Shown piece by piece: positions 31,531 to 41,432 of a DNA stretch of 62,793 nt. Under the pieces are notes generated by a model. That model was not told the DNA's origin and did no database searches. It was given only the letters and a program-made list of their open reading frames with translations. Positions within the stretch are counted from its first letter, which is position 1, and each line of letters opens with the position of its first letter. Origin of the DNA: a virus. The position numbers and the translations under genes were made by a program. The stretch lies in the IMG/VR virus record IMGVR_UViG_3300045988_104691; one strand, 5' to 3'.

Positions 31531-31612
31531 GTCCCAGTAGCTCAACGGTAGAGTGGTGGCGTTTTTCTCCCTTCTTCGCCCGACCGAGCGGGTTCGACTC
31601 CCGTCTGGGACC
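31531..31612 (+). tRNA. tRNA-like element / pseudo-tRNA with a non-canonical anticodon arm
   Basis: Acceptor GTCCCAG/CTGGGAC. D arm GCTC-AACGGTA-GAGT. T arm GCGGG-TTCGACT-CCCGT. The anticodon position is occupied by a bulged 7-bp stem and the 15-nt loop TTTTTCTCCCTTCTT. Confidence 0.4.
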
Positions 31613-31615
31613 CTT

Positions 31616-31695
31616 TGGGCCGGTTCGCCTCAGAACACAGTGTGGTTATCTTGGTTATTTTTGCTGAGAGCGTCAACCGGCCCGTTTTCTTTTTG
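31616..31695 (+). terminator. Long hairpin plus T-run after the tRNA region
   Basis: GGGCCGGTT...CTCAG pairs with CTGAG...AACCGGCCC, followed by GTTTTCTTTTT. Confidence 0.45.
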
Positions 31696-31709
31696 AAAGG
31701 ACGGGATGT

Positions 31710-32048
31710 ATGGCTTGGTCTTCTTCTCGTCGTAGGGAGCGGTTCAATCCTGATTGGGAGAGGACGCGGAAGATCGTCGGCGAACGTGATGGCTGGTGTT
31801 GCCGTCAGGTGGTTACTGATTGGAATACTGGTGAGCGGCATTTGTGTGGCCGTCCGGGTAATGAGGTCGATCATATTGTGCGTGCCGGGAATGGCATGCC
31901 TGATGATGATTCGTTGTCGAATCTTCAGGTGTTGTGTTCGTATCACCATATGTTGAAGACGGAGCGTGAGAGTGCTGATGCTCGTGTGGAGCGGCGTCGG
32001 CGGCGTGAGGAGGCGGAATGGTATTCGCATCCGGCGTTTCGGGCGTAG
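31710..32048 (+). CDS. HNH endonuclease, 112 aa
   Basis: CGRPGNEVDHIV...NLQVLCSYHH is an HNH motif. The gene sits upstream of the terminase genes. Confidence 0.85.
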   Translation: MAWSSSRRRERFNPDWERTRKIVGERDGWCCRQVVTDWNTGERHLCGRPGNEVDHIVRAGNGMPDDDSLSNLQVLCSYHHMLKTERESADARVERRRRREEAEWYSHPAFRA

Positions 32049-32611
32049 GCCGTTGTGCGGTGGCGGGTTGTTTGGAGCCGGTGTGTGCGCGTGATTTGTG
32101 TCGTAGGCATTATGACCGTGATCGGCGTAGTGGTAATCCGGTGAGGCCTGTTCGTCGTCGTATGTGTCCGGTGTGTTTTACGTGGTTTGAGCCGGGTAGG
32201 GCGGATAAGTTGTTTTGTTCGTCTCGGTGTCGTTTGCGTTATCACCGTATGCGTGTGGTGAATCCTGATTTGCCGGAGCGTCCTGATACTGGGATGCATG
32301 TGGCTCCGGTGGCGCCGGAGGGTTTTGAGCCTGTGATTCGTGTTGAGGAGTTTACGCGTTCTCAGGTGGTGGAGAAGTGTCACGGCTGTTGCCATTGGTG
32401 TGGTGAGCCGGTTGATTTTGATTCTTCTGGTGCTTTCGGCCCGTTTTTTGAGTGGAAGGTTCCGGTGGAGAAGTCGCGTGAGGCGACGTTGGAGAACCGC
32501 ATTCTCGTTCATAACCGGTGTGCTGGCGGAAGGCCGCGTCGCCGTATGGTTGCCCGGAAGGGGCGGGAGCGGAGCGTGATTAGTGGCAGGGAACAATCGT
32601 CGGGCCGGTAG
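32018..32611 (+). CDS. Second HNH-type endonuclease with an N-terminal Zn-finger, 197 aa
   Basis: CAVAGCLEPVCARDLCRRHYDRDRRSG is the actinophage HNH N-terminal pattern. Also CHGCCHWCGEPVD...ILVHNRC. Confidence 0.6.
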   Translation: MVFASGVSGVGRCAVAGCLEPVCARDLCRRHYDRDRRSGNPVRPVRRRMCPVCFTWFEPGRADKLFCSSRCRLRYHRMRVVNPDLPERPDTGMHVAPVAPEGFEPVIRVEEFTRSQVVEKCHGCCHWCGEPVDFDSSGAFGPFFEWKVPVEKSREATLENRILVHNRCAGGRPRRRMVARKGRERSVISGREQSSGR

Positions 32612-33023
32612 GGTTAACGAGGTTCAGATTCTTTCCAATCCTGATAGGCCGATGGGTCCGGAGTTGCCGGAGTTGAGGCCGGATACGGGGGAGGAGTGGG
32701 GTGCTCGTGCTCGGAATATGTATGAGAATTTCCGTACGAGTCCGCTTGCTATGCGTATGGGTTGTGCTCCTGATTGGGATTTTCTCATGGAGACGGTTCT
32801 TTTGGAGGATGATTTTTGGAAGGCTCGTAAGGGTCGTGCGATTTTGGCTGCTGAGTTGCGTCAGCGTTGGGCGATGCTTGGGGTGACGCCGGAGGCTCGT
32901 GTGCGGTTGAAGTTTGATACGCCGCAGCCGGATGATTTGAGTGTTGGTGCCGCTGGTGGTGTTGGCGCGAATGTTGTTCGGATGGAGGATTTCTGGGAAC
33001 GTCGTGGTGCGTTGAGTAGGTAG
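32583..33023 (+). CDS. terS: Terminase small subunit, 146 aa
   Basis: Lies directly upstream of terL with size and charge typical of P27-type small subunits. GTG start; ATG 32654 is an alternative. Confidence 0.65.
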   Translation: MAGNNRRAGRVNEVQILSNPDRPMGPELPELRPDTGEEWGARARNMYENFRTSPLAMRMGCAPDWDFLMETVLLEDDFWKARKGRAILAAELRQRWAMLGVTPEARVRLKFDTPQPDDLSVGAAGGVGANVVRMEDFWERRGALSR

Positions 33024-33027
33024 CCGC

Positions 33028-34941
33028 ATGCATGACGTTATCCCGAATCTTACTGTTGAGGACAGGGAGCGTTCGCTTGGCTGGTTGGCCTTGTGGTGGA
33101 TTGAGACCTTCTGTGTGGTGGGTTCTGAGCCGGCGTTTGATAAGCCGGTGCGTGAGAGTCCTGAATACTCCCGTTTCTATGTTGACTGTTATGCGTTGGA
33201 CAAGCATGGCGAACGGTTGTTCGATCATGTGTTCCTGAGTCGTCCGAAGGGTTGTGACAAGTCGGGTAAGGGTGCTCGTCTTGGCTTGTTTGAGGCGTTG
33301 GGTCCTTGTCGTTTCGCCGGGTGGGCGAAGGGTGGGGAGACCTATACGTTTCTTGGGCAGACGTATGTGTATCTGCCGGGTGAGCCGATGGGTCGTCCGA
33401 TTCAGGGTCCGAATGTGATTTGTATTGCTACGTCTGAAGATCAGACGGGCAATGTGTATGACGTCATTAAATACAATTGCAATAATGGCCCGTTGTCCGC
33501 GTTGAAGGGGCAGGGGTTGGATGTGGGCGAGACCCGTATCCTGCTGCCTGAGGGTGGTTCCATTAAGCCGGGTACGTCTGCTTCCGCTTCCAAGGATGGC
33601 GGTAAGGAGACGTTCATCATTGCGGATGAGTCGCATTTGTATAATACGCCGAAGTTGAAGGCTACGTATCATGTGTTGAAGCGTAATAAGTCGAAGCGTA
33701 AGGCTGATGCTGACCCGTGGATTCTTGAGACGACGACGATGTATCGTCCGGGTGAGGAGTCCATTGCGGAGTTGACGTATAAGACGGCGAGGGATATTCG
33801 CGAGGGTCGTATGAAGGACCAGAAGCTCCTGTTCGACCATCGGTATTCTTCCATTGGCATTGACGATCTTAATGATATTGCGAAGTTGAAGCATGGCTTG
33901 TATGAGGCTTATGGTTCGGCTGCGATGTCGAAGGATGGTCGTGACCATATCATTCTTCCTGATGGCCGTATCGTTCCGGTTGGGGATGATGGGCTTAGCG
34001 AGGATGGTTATTCTTTGCGTTCGCCGGGTGTTGAGCCGGGTCCGTCTAAGGATGGTTGGGTTGATATTCGTGGTCAGATGGCGGATATTCTGGACCCTGC
34101 GTCTGATGTCGGTGATTCGATTCGTTACTTCCTGAACTCGTTGACGAGCGTGTCTGATGCGTGGTTGGCGGATTCCATGATTCGTAAGCATACGCAGTGC
34201 ATCGGCTTGTTCTCTGGCGTGCCGGAGGGTACGAATCTGAATGATGCTGATGTGTGGCGTGATGTGATTTCCGAGGATGATGAGATCACGTTGGGGTTCG
34301 ATGGTTCCTTGTCGGATGATGCGACGGCTCTTGTGGGTTGTCGTGTGCGTGATGGCTTGCTGTTCCTGATCAGGTTGGAGCAGAAGCCGGAGGGGCCGGA
34401 GGCTGCGGGTTGGCGTGTGGATGTTGACGCGTTCGACCGTAAGGCGCGTTGGATGTTGGATAATTTCAACGTTGTCGGTTTCTTCGCTGATGTCGCGTAT
34501 TGGCGTGATGTGATCATTGGCTGGGAGCGGGATTATGCGCGGCTGGATTTGGTGTCCATGCGTGGCAATGGCGACCCGATCATGTTCCACACTAATTCTT
34601 GGCGTTCGGAGATGATGCAGTCTCTTATCGACATGCATACGGCTTTTTCGAAGGATTGGGAGCCGTGTGATGACGATGATGAGCCGGTGTTGGGTGATGT
34701 GGCTTTGATGGCTGACCCTCGTTTGCTGGCTCATTTCCGTAATGCTCGTCGTAAGAATTTCCGTCAGACGAATCCTGATGGTTCGTCGAAGTATCTGATT
34801 TATAAGGAGACGCCGAACAGTCCGTTGAAGATTGATGCCTGTATGGCTGGTCTTTTGGCGTATACCGCGCGTACCAAGTATTTGGAGGCGGGTATCGGCA
34901 GGGTGAGCCGGTCGAGGTGGCATGCGGAGCGCGTCTATTAG
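33028..34941 (+). CDS. terL: Terminase large subunit, 637 aa
   Basis: P-loop-like RPKGCDKSGKG, Walker-B-like FIIADESH, and a C-terminal nuclease-sized domain. Position is before the portal gene. Confidence 0.9.
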   Translation: MHDVIPNLTVEDRERSLGWLALWWIETFCVVGSEPAFDKPVRESPEYSRFYVDCYALDKHGERLFDHVFLSRPKGCDKSGKGARLGLFEALGPCRFAGWAKGGETYTFLGQTYVYLPGEPMGRPIQGPNVICIATSEDQTGNVYDVIKYNCNNGPLSALKGQGLDVGETRILLPEGGSIKPGTSASASKDGGKETFIIADESHLYNTPKLKATYHVLKRNKSKRKADADPWILETTTMYRPGEESIAELTYKTARDIREGRMKDQKLLFDHRYSSIGIDDLNDIAKLKHGLYEAYGSAAMSKDGRDHIILPDGRIVPVGDDGLSEDGYSLRSPGVEPGPSKDGWVDIRGQMADILDPASDVGDSIRYFLNSLTSVSDAWLADSMIRKHTQCIGLFSGVPEGTNLNDADVWRDVISEDDEITLGFDGSLSDDATALVGCRVRDGLLFLIRLEQKPEGPEAAGWRVDVDAFDRKARWMLDNFNVVGFFADVAYWRDVIIGWERDYARLDLVSMRGNGDPIMFHTNSWRSEMMQSLIDMHTAFSKDWEPCDDDDEPVLGDVALMADPRLLAHFRNARRKNFRQTNPDGSSKYLIYKETPNSPLKIDACMAGLLAYTARTKYLEAGIGRVSRSRWHAERVY

Positions 34942-34955
34942 TTTCTAGGGGGATT

Positions 34956-36620
34956 ATGGCTACGTCTTCCCAGACTCCGAATATTACGAGTCTTGTTCCC
35001 GGTGATGATGAGCCGGATGGCGATGGGCTGGTGTTGACCCGGTTGGCGACGCGTTTGCAGAATCGTATTCCGGATTTGTGTACGTTGAAGACGTTCTATG
35101 ATGGGCGTGAGCAGGTGCCGCTTCAGTCGGTGCCTAAGTCCGCGACTTCCACGGCTTCTGCGATTTATCGTCGTTTCGTTGATATTTGTCCGTTGAATCT
35201 GGCGCATACGATTGTGGATGCGGTCGTGACTTCGCAGCATCCTACCGGTTTTCGTCTGGTTGCGGATAAGACGATGCGTAGCACCGAGGCCGATGACATG
35301 TGGGATAAGTGCGGCATGGATGTGCGTGCTTTGAACATGTTCATGGATGCGTCGCTTTATGGTGCGGCGTATGCGATGGTGTTCTCGAAGGGCAGTCCTT
35401 CGTATATTCAGCGGTTGAGTCCGTGGACTACGGAGATTTCCGATGATAAGGATTCGGCCATCGTGTATGGCTGGTCCGAGGATGAGCAGGTCGAGCGTAT
35501 CACGTTGTATCGCATCATCCGTAATGATGACGGGCAAATTCAGAAGGTCTATTCGCGTACTGCGAAGCATGAGACGAAAGCGCGCACGTTGCCTTCGGAT
35601 TCTGTTGATGATGAGGATGCCGTGTATGGCATTGCGAATGATGATTCGCAGAAGCGTCCTCAGTTGGAGGCCCAGTTCGAATGGGAGGGTGCGAGTTCCG
35701 ATGGGGATTGGGCTTTCGCCGTCAAGTGCGGGTGCCTTCCCATTGTGAAGATGACGACCCCGAACGGCAAGGGCCAGTTCGAGTCGAGTCTGAAGACGTT
35801 GAAGTCGATTGACCAGCAGCGTTTCCAACGGTTGTGCATTCAGGAGATGCAGGCGTTCAAGCAGCGTTGGGTTCAGGGCGATATGCCGGAATACTATCAG
35901 AAGAACGACCCTGCGGTGAAGGCGAATCGTGCTAGGGCCGGTGACAAGATCGACTATTCGGAATTGTTCGAGATGGGTCCGGCCGCATTGTGGCTGTTGC
36001 CTGCGGATGCGAAGATCGGCGAATCGTCTATTACGGACATTACGCCGATTGTGACCGCCGCTTCGTCCGATATCAAGCATTTGGCTGGTTCTACGGGTAC
36101 GCCGTTGTCGATTCTGTCTCCTGATACGGCTGGTTCGGCCGAGGGTGCGAAGCTGACCACTCGTATGCTGCGGTTGAAGGTCCGTGACATGAACATGCGT
36201 GCGAACGATACGTTCGTGCTCTTGTTGAAGATGGCTTTGACGGCTTCGGGTTCGAATGCGTCCGAGGAGCGGTTCGAGACGACGTGGGAGCCTATCGACC
36301 TGCCTACCGAGTTGGAGATGGCTGAGGCCGCGTCGCAGGTGAAGGGCGTCATTCCGTTGAAGACGATCGCCCGTCGTTTCCTGCATATGACGGAGACGGA
36401 GATCGCGGAGATGATTCAGGATGCTCAGGATACGAGTTTTCTGAATGCGATGTCCCAGCAGAACGCGGCGTTGGATGCGAATGCGCGGCAGACCGAATCG
36501 TTGGCCGACAGTTCGTATTTGGATGATACCGGCTCGTTCTCTTCCGATTCGTCCGGTTCGGATGGCTTGTCGTCCGGCGTTTCGGATGAGGGGGATTCGT
36601 TCTCTGATCTGGAGGCGTGA
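34956..36620 (+). CDS. Portal protein, 554 aa
   Basis: ATG 34956 follows GGGGGA. Size and position (after terL, before MuF) fit an SPP1 gp6-type portal. Confidence 0.85.
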   Translation: MATSSQTPNITSLVPGDDEPDGDGLVLTRLATRLQNRIPDLCTLKTFYDGREQVPLQSVPKSATSTASAIYRRFVDICPLNLAHTIVDAVVTSQHPTGFRLVADKTMRSTEADDMWDKCGMDVRALNMFMDASLYGAAYAMVFSKGSPSYIQRLSPWTTEISDDKDSAIVYGWSEDEQVERITLYRIIRNDDGQIQKVYSRTAKHETKARTLPSDSVDDEDAVYGIANDDSQKRPQLEAQFEWEGASSDGDWAFAVKCGCLPIVKMTTPNGKGQFESSLKTLKSIDQQRFQRLCIQEMQAFKQRWVQGDMPEYYQKNDPAVKANRARAGDKIDYSELFEMGPAALWLLPADAKIGESSITDITPIVTAASSDIKHLAGSTGTPLSILSPDTAGSAEGAKLTTRMLRLKVRDMNMRANDTFVLLLKMALTASGSNASEERFETTWEPIDLPTELEMAEAASQVKGVIPLKTIARRFLHMTETEIAEMIQDAQDTSFLNAMSQQNAALDANARQTESLADSSYLDDTGSFSSDSSGSDGLSSGVSDEGDSFSDLEA

Positions 36621-37708
36621 TGGCCGATAGTGCGTTGAGTGCCGTTCAGGCGTTGGATGCGCAACGTCGCATGCTGGTTGACGAGTATGTGAACCGTGCT
36701 TGGAACATGTGGCGTTCGTTGACCCCGGCTGACTGGTGGAACGATGCGGTGACCGAGGGTGCCGCCGCATATGTGACGCAGCAGCAGATCGCGTTCGTGA
36801 AGGCGATGCGCCGTTGCGGCATCACGTATGCGGATATCATGCTTCGGCTGGTGATGACGCAGGGGTTGGGGGAGATTCCCGAATATGAGGTGGTGCGTGA
36901 CAATACGGACCCTTGGAAGGTTTCGTTGCGTGCCGCCGACGCGTATCGCAGTGAGGCCGTGAAGTCGCCCGACATTCGCCCGGAGGCTTGGGATAGGCTT
37001 GACGGGAATGTCGCGAAGACGGTTCAGGGCTGGTTGGATGCGGCGAAGGGCCAGTTGGAGAACAATGCGGTCACGGATGGGAATGTCGCGGCGAACCGTG
37101 CCACGCAACAACGGTATGAGTCGTCGGGCATCACACGGTATCGGCGTATCATCCATCCGGAATTGTCGAAGACCGGTACGTGCGGCCTATGCGTGGTGGC
37201 GGCGACGAACACGTTCACTCGCGGCGACCTGATGCCAATGCATAATCGTTGCAAGTGTACGGTGGCGCCGATCACGTCCGAGTATGACCCCGGATTGAAG
37301 TTGAACGACAGCGACCTCATGACCATCTACAAGGCTGCGGGGAAGACGGCTGGCAGATCGTATTCCACGAATGCTACCGACTTGACGAAGCTGCGCGTGC
37401 AGGTCACCAATAATAGTGAGCTTGGTCCGGTTCTGTTGCGTAAGGATGCGCCGGTCAAGGAGGGCTTGGCTGAATGGCATCTGCCTGATATGAAGATGAC
37501 GCAACGGCAGATGGAACGCATGTTCAACCGTGCGACCGAGTTCGACGCTCACTACAGGCAGCTTTTGGAGGGTTCCTCCGATTCGGTGCGTTTCCGTTAT
37601 GACGGGCGTACGTACAACTTTAGGAAATCAGCCCATACGAAGCAGGCTTGGGATTATGTCCGCAGTCTGCTCAGCTATTCGCGCGGCTTTCTTGGGCTGG
37701 CCGCATGA
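36617..37708 (+). CDS. MuF/SPP1 gp7-like head morphogenesis protein, 363 aa
   Basis: GTCGLCVVAA...MPMHNRCKCTV motif and position after the portal gene. Confidence 0.7.
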   Translation: MMADSALSAVQALDAQRRMLVDEYVNRAWNMWRSLTPADWWNDAVTEGAAAYVTQQQIAFVKAMRRCGITYADIMLRLVMTQGLGEIPEYEVVRDNTDPWKVSLRAADAYRSEAVKSPDIRPEAWDRLDGNVAKTVQGWLDAAKGQLENNAVTDGNVAANRATQQRYESSGITRYRRIIHPELSKTGTCGLCVVAATNTFTRGDLMPMHNRCKCTVAPITSEYDPGLKLNDSDLMTIYKAAGKTAGRSYSTNATDLTKLRVQVTNNSELGPVLLRKDAPVKEGLAEWHLPDMKMTQRQMERMFNRATEFDAHYRQLLEGSSDSVRFRYDGRTYNFRKSAHTKQAWDYVRSLLSYSRGFLGLAA

Positions 37709-37739
37709 GAACAGATAGAACAGATAGGAGATCAGGGCG

Positions 37740-38312
37740 ATGACCCTTGAAGACAATACCGAGGCAGAAGCCGAAAAGGCGAAGCAGGAGGAGGCCGGAA
37801 AGGCTGCGGAATCCGTCAAGGACGAGGCTGCCGCTCCTGAATCCAAGCAGCCGGACCCGCAGAAGGGTGCGGATGTTCCGGCTGATGAGGGTAAGCCCGC
37901 CGAGGGTGACGAGCTTGCCAAGTGGAAGGCGATGAGTCGTAAGAACGAGGACCGTGCTTCCGCGAATCTGAAGGCCTTCCAGTCCGCCGAGGCGGAGCTT
38001 GCGAAGGTCCGTACCGAAAACGCGTATCTGATCGCGAAGAGCAAGTATCCGCAGTTGACGGATGAGGCTCTTTCCCTGTGCTCCGAAAAGGAGCCCGACA
38101 AGATCGCCGCATGGGCTGAGAAGTACGCTTCCCTGAATCCGGTTGGCGACCCGAAGTCGGTGAAGACGGAACCTACCGAGGATGCGCTGGCGCGCAAGGT
38201 CGCCATGCAGGCCGAATACCCGTCCGGCACCTCCCATCCGAAAGCTCAGTCCGGCGACGCCTACAAGCGTGCGATGGAACGTCAGAAGGCTCGTAGGAGC
38301 AACAAGAAGTAA
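37740..38312 (+). CDS. Scaffolding protein, 190 aa
   Basis: Ala/Glu/Lys-rich helical protein between the MuF and capsid genes. Confidence 0.65.
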   Translation: MTLEDNTEAEAEKAKQEEAGKAAESVKDEAAAPESKQPDPQKGADVPADEGKPAEGDELAKWKAMSRKNEDRASANLKAFQSAEAELAKVRTENAYLIAKSKYPQLTDEALSLCSEKEPDKIAAWAEKYASLNPVGDPKSVKTEPTEDALARKVAMQAEYPSGTSHPKAQSGDAYKRAMERQKARRSNKK

Positions 38313-38342
38313 GTTTTCCTATTTTCGAAAGGAATCGAGTAA

Positions 38343-38951
38343 ATGACTCAGGAAATGGTTCATTCCTCCGGTGTGGTGACCGTTGAGGAGGACAATTCTT
38401 GGCGTTATGGCGAGAAGAACACCAATGATTCGGTGTCCGTCACCATCGTCCCTGAACTGTTCAAGACCGCTGATAACAAGTATCTGACCGGTGTGGGTCC
38501 GAAGGCCACCACCGTTTACATTCGTTCCGGCATTCCGTTGGCGAAGATCACTTCCGGCGCGAACGTCGGCTCCTATGGCCCGTATGACAAGACCGCTTCC
38601 GATGGCCGTCAGACGAAGATCGCGGGCCTGTTGGAGTCGCAGATCACCGTGAACATCAATATGAGCGGCTGGGACCTTGATGACCCGCTGGTCGGCATGA
38701 CGTTCCGTGGTGACATCGTGAAGTCGAATCTTCCGGTCAAGCCGGAGGATACCGCCGTGTGGGGTGGTGAGTTCTACGACGTTGAGAACGATGTCGTGAC
38801 TCCGCTTTCCGCCGTGTCCGGCGTTGGCCCGAAGGGTGCCGATGGCGCGTCCGTGACCGCCATCAAGTTCACCAAGGATGGTACCGGCAATATTACCGGT
38901 GGTACCGCGACCCTGTCCAACGGCCAGTCCGTGACCATCACCGTCGCCTGA
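38343..38951 (+). CDS. Head decoration-like protein, 202 aa
   Basis: Lies immediately upstream of the major capsid gene. The C-terminal segment GPKGADGASVTAIKFTKDGTGNITGG looks Ig/collagen-like. Confidence 0.45.
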   Translation: MTQEMVHSSGVVTVEEDNSWRYGEKNTNDSVSVTIVPELFKTADNKYLTGVGPKATTVYIRSGIPLAKITSGANVGSYGPYDKTASDGRQTKIAGLLESQITVNINMSGWDLDDPLVGMTFRGDIVKSNLPVKPEDTAVWGGEFYDVENDVVTPLSAVSGVGPKGADGASVTAIKFTKDGTGNITGGTATLSNGQSVTITVA

Positions 38952-38983
38952 AACAGGCTTCGACTTCTGTAAACGTTTCCCGA

Positions 38984-39008
38984 AACCCGCCCGTCGTGGC
39001 GGGTTTTC
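38984..39008 (+). terminator. Hairpin terminator/attenuator
   Basis: ACCCGCC-CGTCGT-GGCGGGT followed by TTTC. Confidence 0.55.
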
Positions 39009-39027
39009 GCATATCTAAGGAGTTTTC

Positions 39028-40089
39028 TTGGCTATTGACAAGACTATCATCCCGCCGTCCGAAGCGACCGAGGTCGCTCAGGCCGGGCATGACTATGTGA
39101 ACGGCATCCTGCCGCTCTCCAATATCTTCCCGGTCAAGTCCAATGAGGGTGAGTGGATTACCTCGTGGACTCCGGTCATTCCGAAGTCGAAGACCCGTGC
39201 GATGAAGCATCGTGCGCTTGATGCCGAGATCGGCCATACCAAGTCCGAGACATCGACTGCGGAAATCCATTCCGGTCTGATTCCGCTGTCCGGCATGGAC
39301 CATATTTCCGAGCGTGATCTCACTTCGCATGCGAACGACACTTCGTATCTGCATGACAAGGCCGAGGGTAAGTTCGAGGCTTTGGGTCAGCAGGCCGGCG
39401 TGACCGAGGAAATCGAACGTCTTCAGGCCCTCGTGCTGGGTAAGGTCACCGTCAAGGAGAACGGCGCCGACGTGCAGTATTCGTTCGGACGTCCGACCGC
39501 CCAGCAGAATGTCACCCCGACCGTGAAGTGGGGTGACAACAAGTCGAATCCTGTGAAGGATATCGAGGCTTGGGTGAAGATCATGCGTAAGAACTATGGT
39601 CGTAAGCCGCATGCCGTCGCCACTACCGGCAAGGTCATCGACGCTTTGCGCACCAACGAGTTCCTGCGTACCCAACTGTCCGGCATGGACCTTGAGCATT
39701 CGAAGACCTATCTGAGCCGTGACGAGGTTCTTGGCCTTCTGCGCTCCCAGAACGGCATCACCGACGTGCTGCTGGTCGATGAGGCGTATGAGGACCTGAA
39801 GCTGGATAACACGTTCAACATGGATGCGGATGTGGCTACCGTGTTCCCGGATAAGACGTTCATCCTGCTTCCGTCGTTCAATGATTCCACTCTTGGCGCC
39901 ACCGTTTCCGGTCCGACCGCCGAGGCTCAGAACTCCGAGTATGAGATCAACAAGAAGGTCAATGATGGTCTTATCGGCGCGATGCTGACCCATCAGGCCC
40001 CGTTGAACTATGACATTTGGGTTAACGGCACGTTCGTGCCGATTCTGTTCGAGGCGGTTTCGACCTTCAAGGCCGACGTTCTCGCCTGA
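39028..40089 (+). CDS. Major capsid protein (lambda gpE-like), 353 aa
   Basis: TTG start after an AAGGAG RBS. Size and position fit, with a family-typical N-terminus. Confidence 0.8.
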   Translation: MAIDKTIIPPSEATEVAQAGHDYVNGILPLSNIFPVKSNEGEWITSWTPVIPKSKTRAMKHRALDAEIGHTKSETSTAEIHSGLIPLSGMDHISERDLTSHANDTSYLHDKAEGKFEALGQQAGVTEEIERLQALVLGKVTVKENGADVQYSFGRPTAQQNVTPTVKWGDNKSNPVKDIEAWVKIMRKNYGRKPHAVATTGKVIDALRTNEFLRTQLSGMDLEHSKTYLSRDEVLGLLRSQNGITDVLLVDEAYEDLKLDNTFNMDADVATVFPDKTFILLPSFNDSTLGATVSGPTAEAQNSEYEINKKVNDGLIGAMLTHQAPLNYDIWVNGTFVPILFEAVSTFKADVLA

Positions 40090-40108
40090 TAGCAGGGGGT
40101 GAGGCTTC

Positions 40109-40543
40109 ATGGCTAATGGCGTGACTTCCAGTATCGATTGGCTGGAATGCATGGAGCTGCACTGTCTGAACGAGGCGGATACCTTGCATAGGTTCCCGAA
40201 CGAGTGGGTGAAGTACATGTGCCGTCGGGCCGTGACCATCGCCATCACGGGCAGTACGAACTGCGAACCCCGGTTGGATTCGGGCGATCTGGATGTGGAG
40301 GATTTCGAATACGTCGTCTGTTCGATGGTGTGGCGTGTCATCCGCTATTCGGATATCAAGACCGAATCCAACGGTACGTATCAGTTCACCCGCTTTGACC
40401 CGCAGGACAACCAGCCGGGGAAGGATGCGAGTCCGAACCTGTATCTGTCGAAACGCGAAAAGCAGATTCTTGACGGGTATGCTTCGGGCCGTGGTCCCAT
40501 CGGCACGGTTGGTGTCGGCGTGAACCGTATTTATGGGATGTGA
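40109..40543 (+). CDS. Head-tail connector protein, 144 aa
   Basis: Position after the capsid gene. GGGGGTGAGG RBS. Confidence 0.5.
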   Translation: MANGVTSSIDWLECMELHCLNEADTLHRFPNEWVKYMCRRAVTIAITGSTNCEPRLDSGDLDVEDFEYVVCSMVWRVIRYSDIKTESNGTYQFTRFDPQDNQPGKDASPNLYLSKREKQILDGYASGRGPIGTVGVGVNRIYGM

Positions 40544-40549
40544 TGCCTT

Positions 40550-41110
40550 TTGTCTCGTGAAACATGGGATTTGGGGCATCCGTATGACGCTCACGCGGCT
40601 GACGTGCTGGGTGGCGGCAAGCCGTATGACGGTATGGCGCGGATTCCTTGGGCCAAGCCGGATACCTTGCTGTACAAGGATAAGGTGATCGTCGTCCCGT
40701 ATACCATTCGGCGTTCCGCGCATGGTACGACCTATGTGCCGTCCGATAAGGCTTACTGGTGTTGGTGTTCCATTGAGGGGCGTGAACAGCAGGCGGGCAT
40801 GTTTTCGATTTCCGGTTCCGAGGATAAGTCGCCGCAGACTTGGGGTGGCCTGAGAGAGGTCACGCCTTCGCAGATAGTCGCCGTCGAATGGCATGGCGAC
40901 ATTCATACGGAGGTCTGGTATGAGGGTGACTGTTACGACGTGGATGGCGCTCCTACGCACCGTCAGCATGGTGAGGTGCCTCATTATGAGATGCATATTC
41001 GTCGTAACGCCGACTATTCGGAACTGCCTGCCGATTTAAGGCCGAAGCCTCCCGAACCGGACCCGGACGACCATGTGTGGGGTGAGGATGATGGTAAGAG
41101 TTTCCATTGA
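40550..41110 (+). CDS. Head closure / head-tail adaptor protein, 186 aa
   Basis: Called from position in the connector block. TTG start. Confidence 0.45.
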   Translation: MSRETWDLGHPYDAHAADVLGGGKPYDGMARIPWAKPDTLLYKDKVIVVPYTIRRSAHGTTYVPSDKAYWCWCSIEGREQQAGMFSISGSEDKSPQTWGGLREVTPSQIVAVEWHGDIHTEVWYEGDCYDVDGAPTHRQHGEVPHYEMHIRRNADYSELPADLRPKPPEPDPDDHVWGEDDGKSFH

Positions 41111-41432
41111 CCGTCGCCTGTCCACGAAGGTCGCCGAATGGTTCGGTCCTGCGATTACCTCTGCGAAGGCCGATGATGTGCTTGCCGACGCTCGGGCGTT
41201 GGCCGCTGCGAGGGCCGTGGGCCGTGACCCGGGCGTTTCCGTGGCTGGCGATCTGAGCCTGTCGAAGCATTATCACGGCATCGATACGGACGTGTGTTTG
41301 GATGTGGAGGGCCGTGACGGGTCGAATGTGGCCGTCGAACATGAGTGGGGTGCTTGGAACGAGCAGCGTCACCGGTTTGTCGAGGGCCATCATGTGATGC
41401 GTGATGCGGCGCGAATGAACGGGGGTTATTGA
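41088..41432 (+). CDS. Tail completion (HK97 gp10-like) protein, 114 aa
   Basis: Called from position and size. The track ORF starts at 41073. Confidence 0.45.
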   Translation: MMVRVSIDRRLSTKVAEWFGPAITSAKADDVLADARALAAARAVGRDPGVSVAGDLSLSKHYHGIDTDVCLDVEGRDGSNVAVEHEWGAWNEQRHRFVEGHHVMRDAARMNGGY

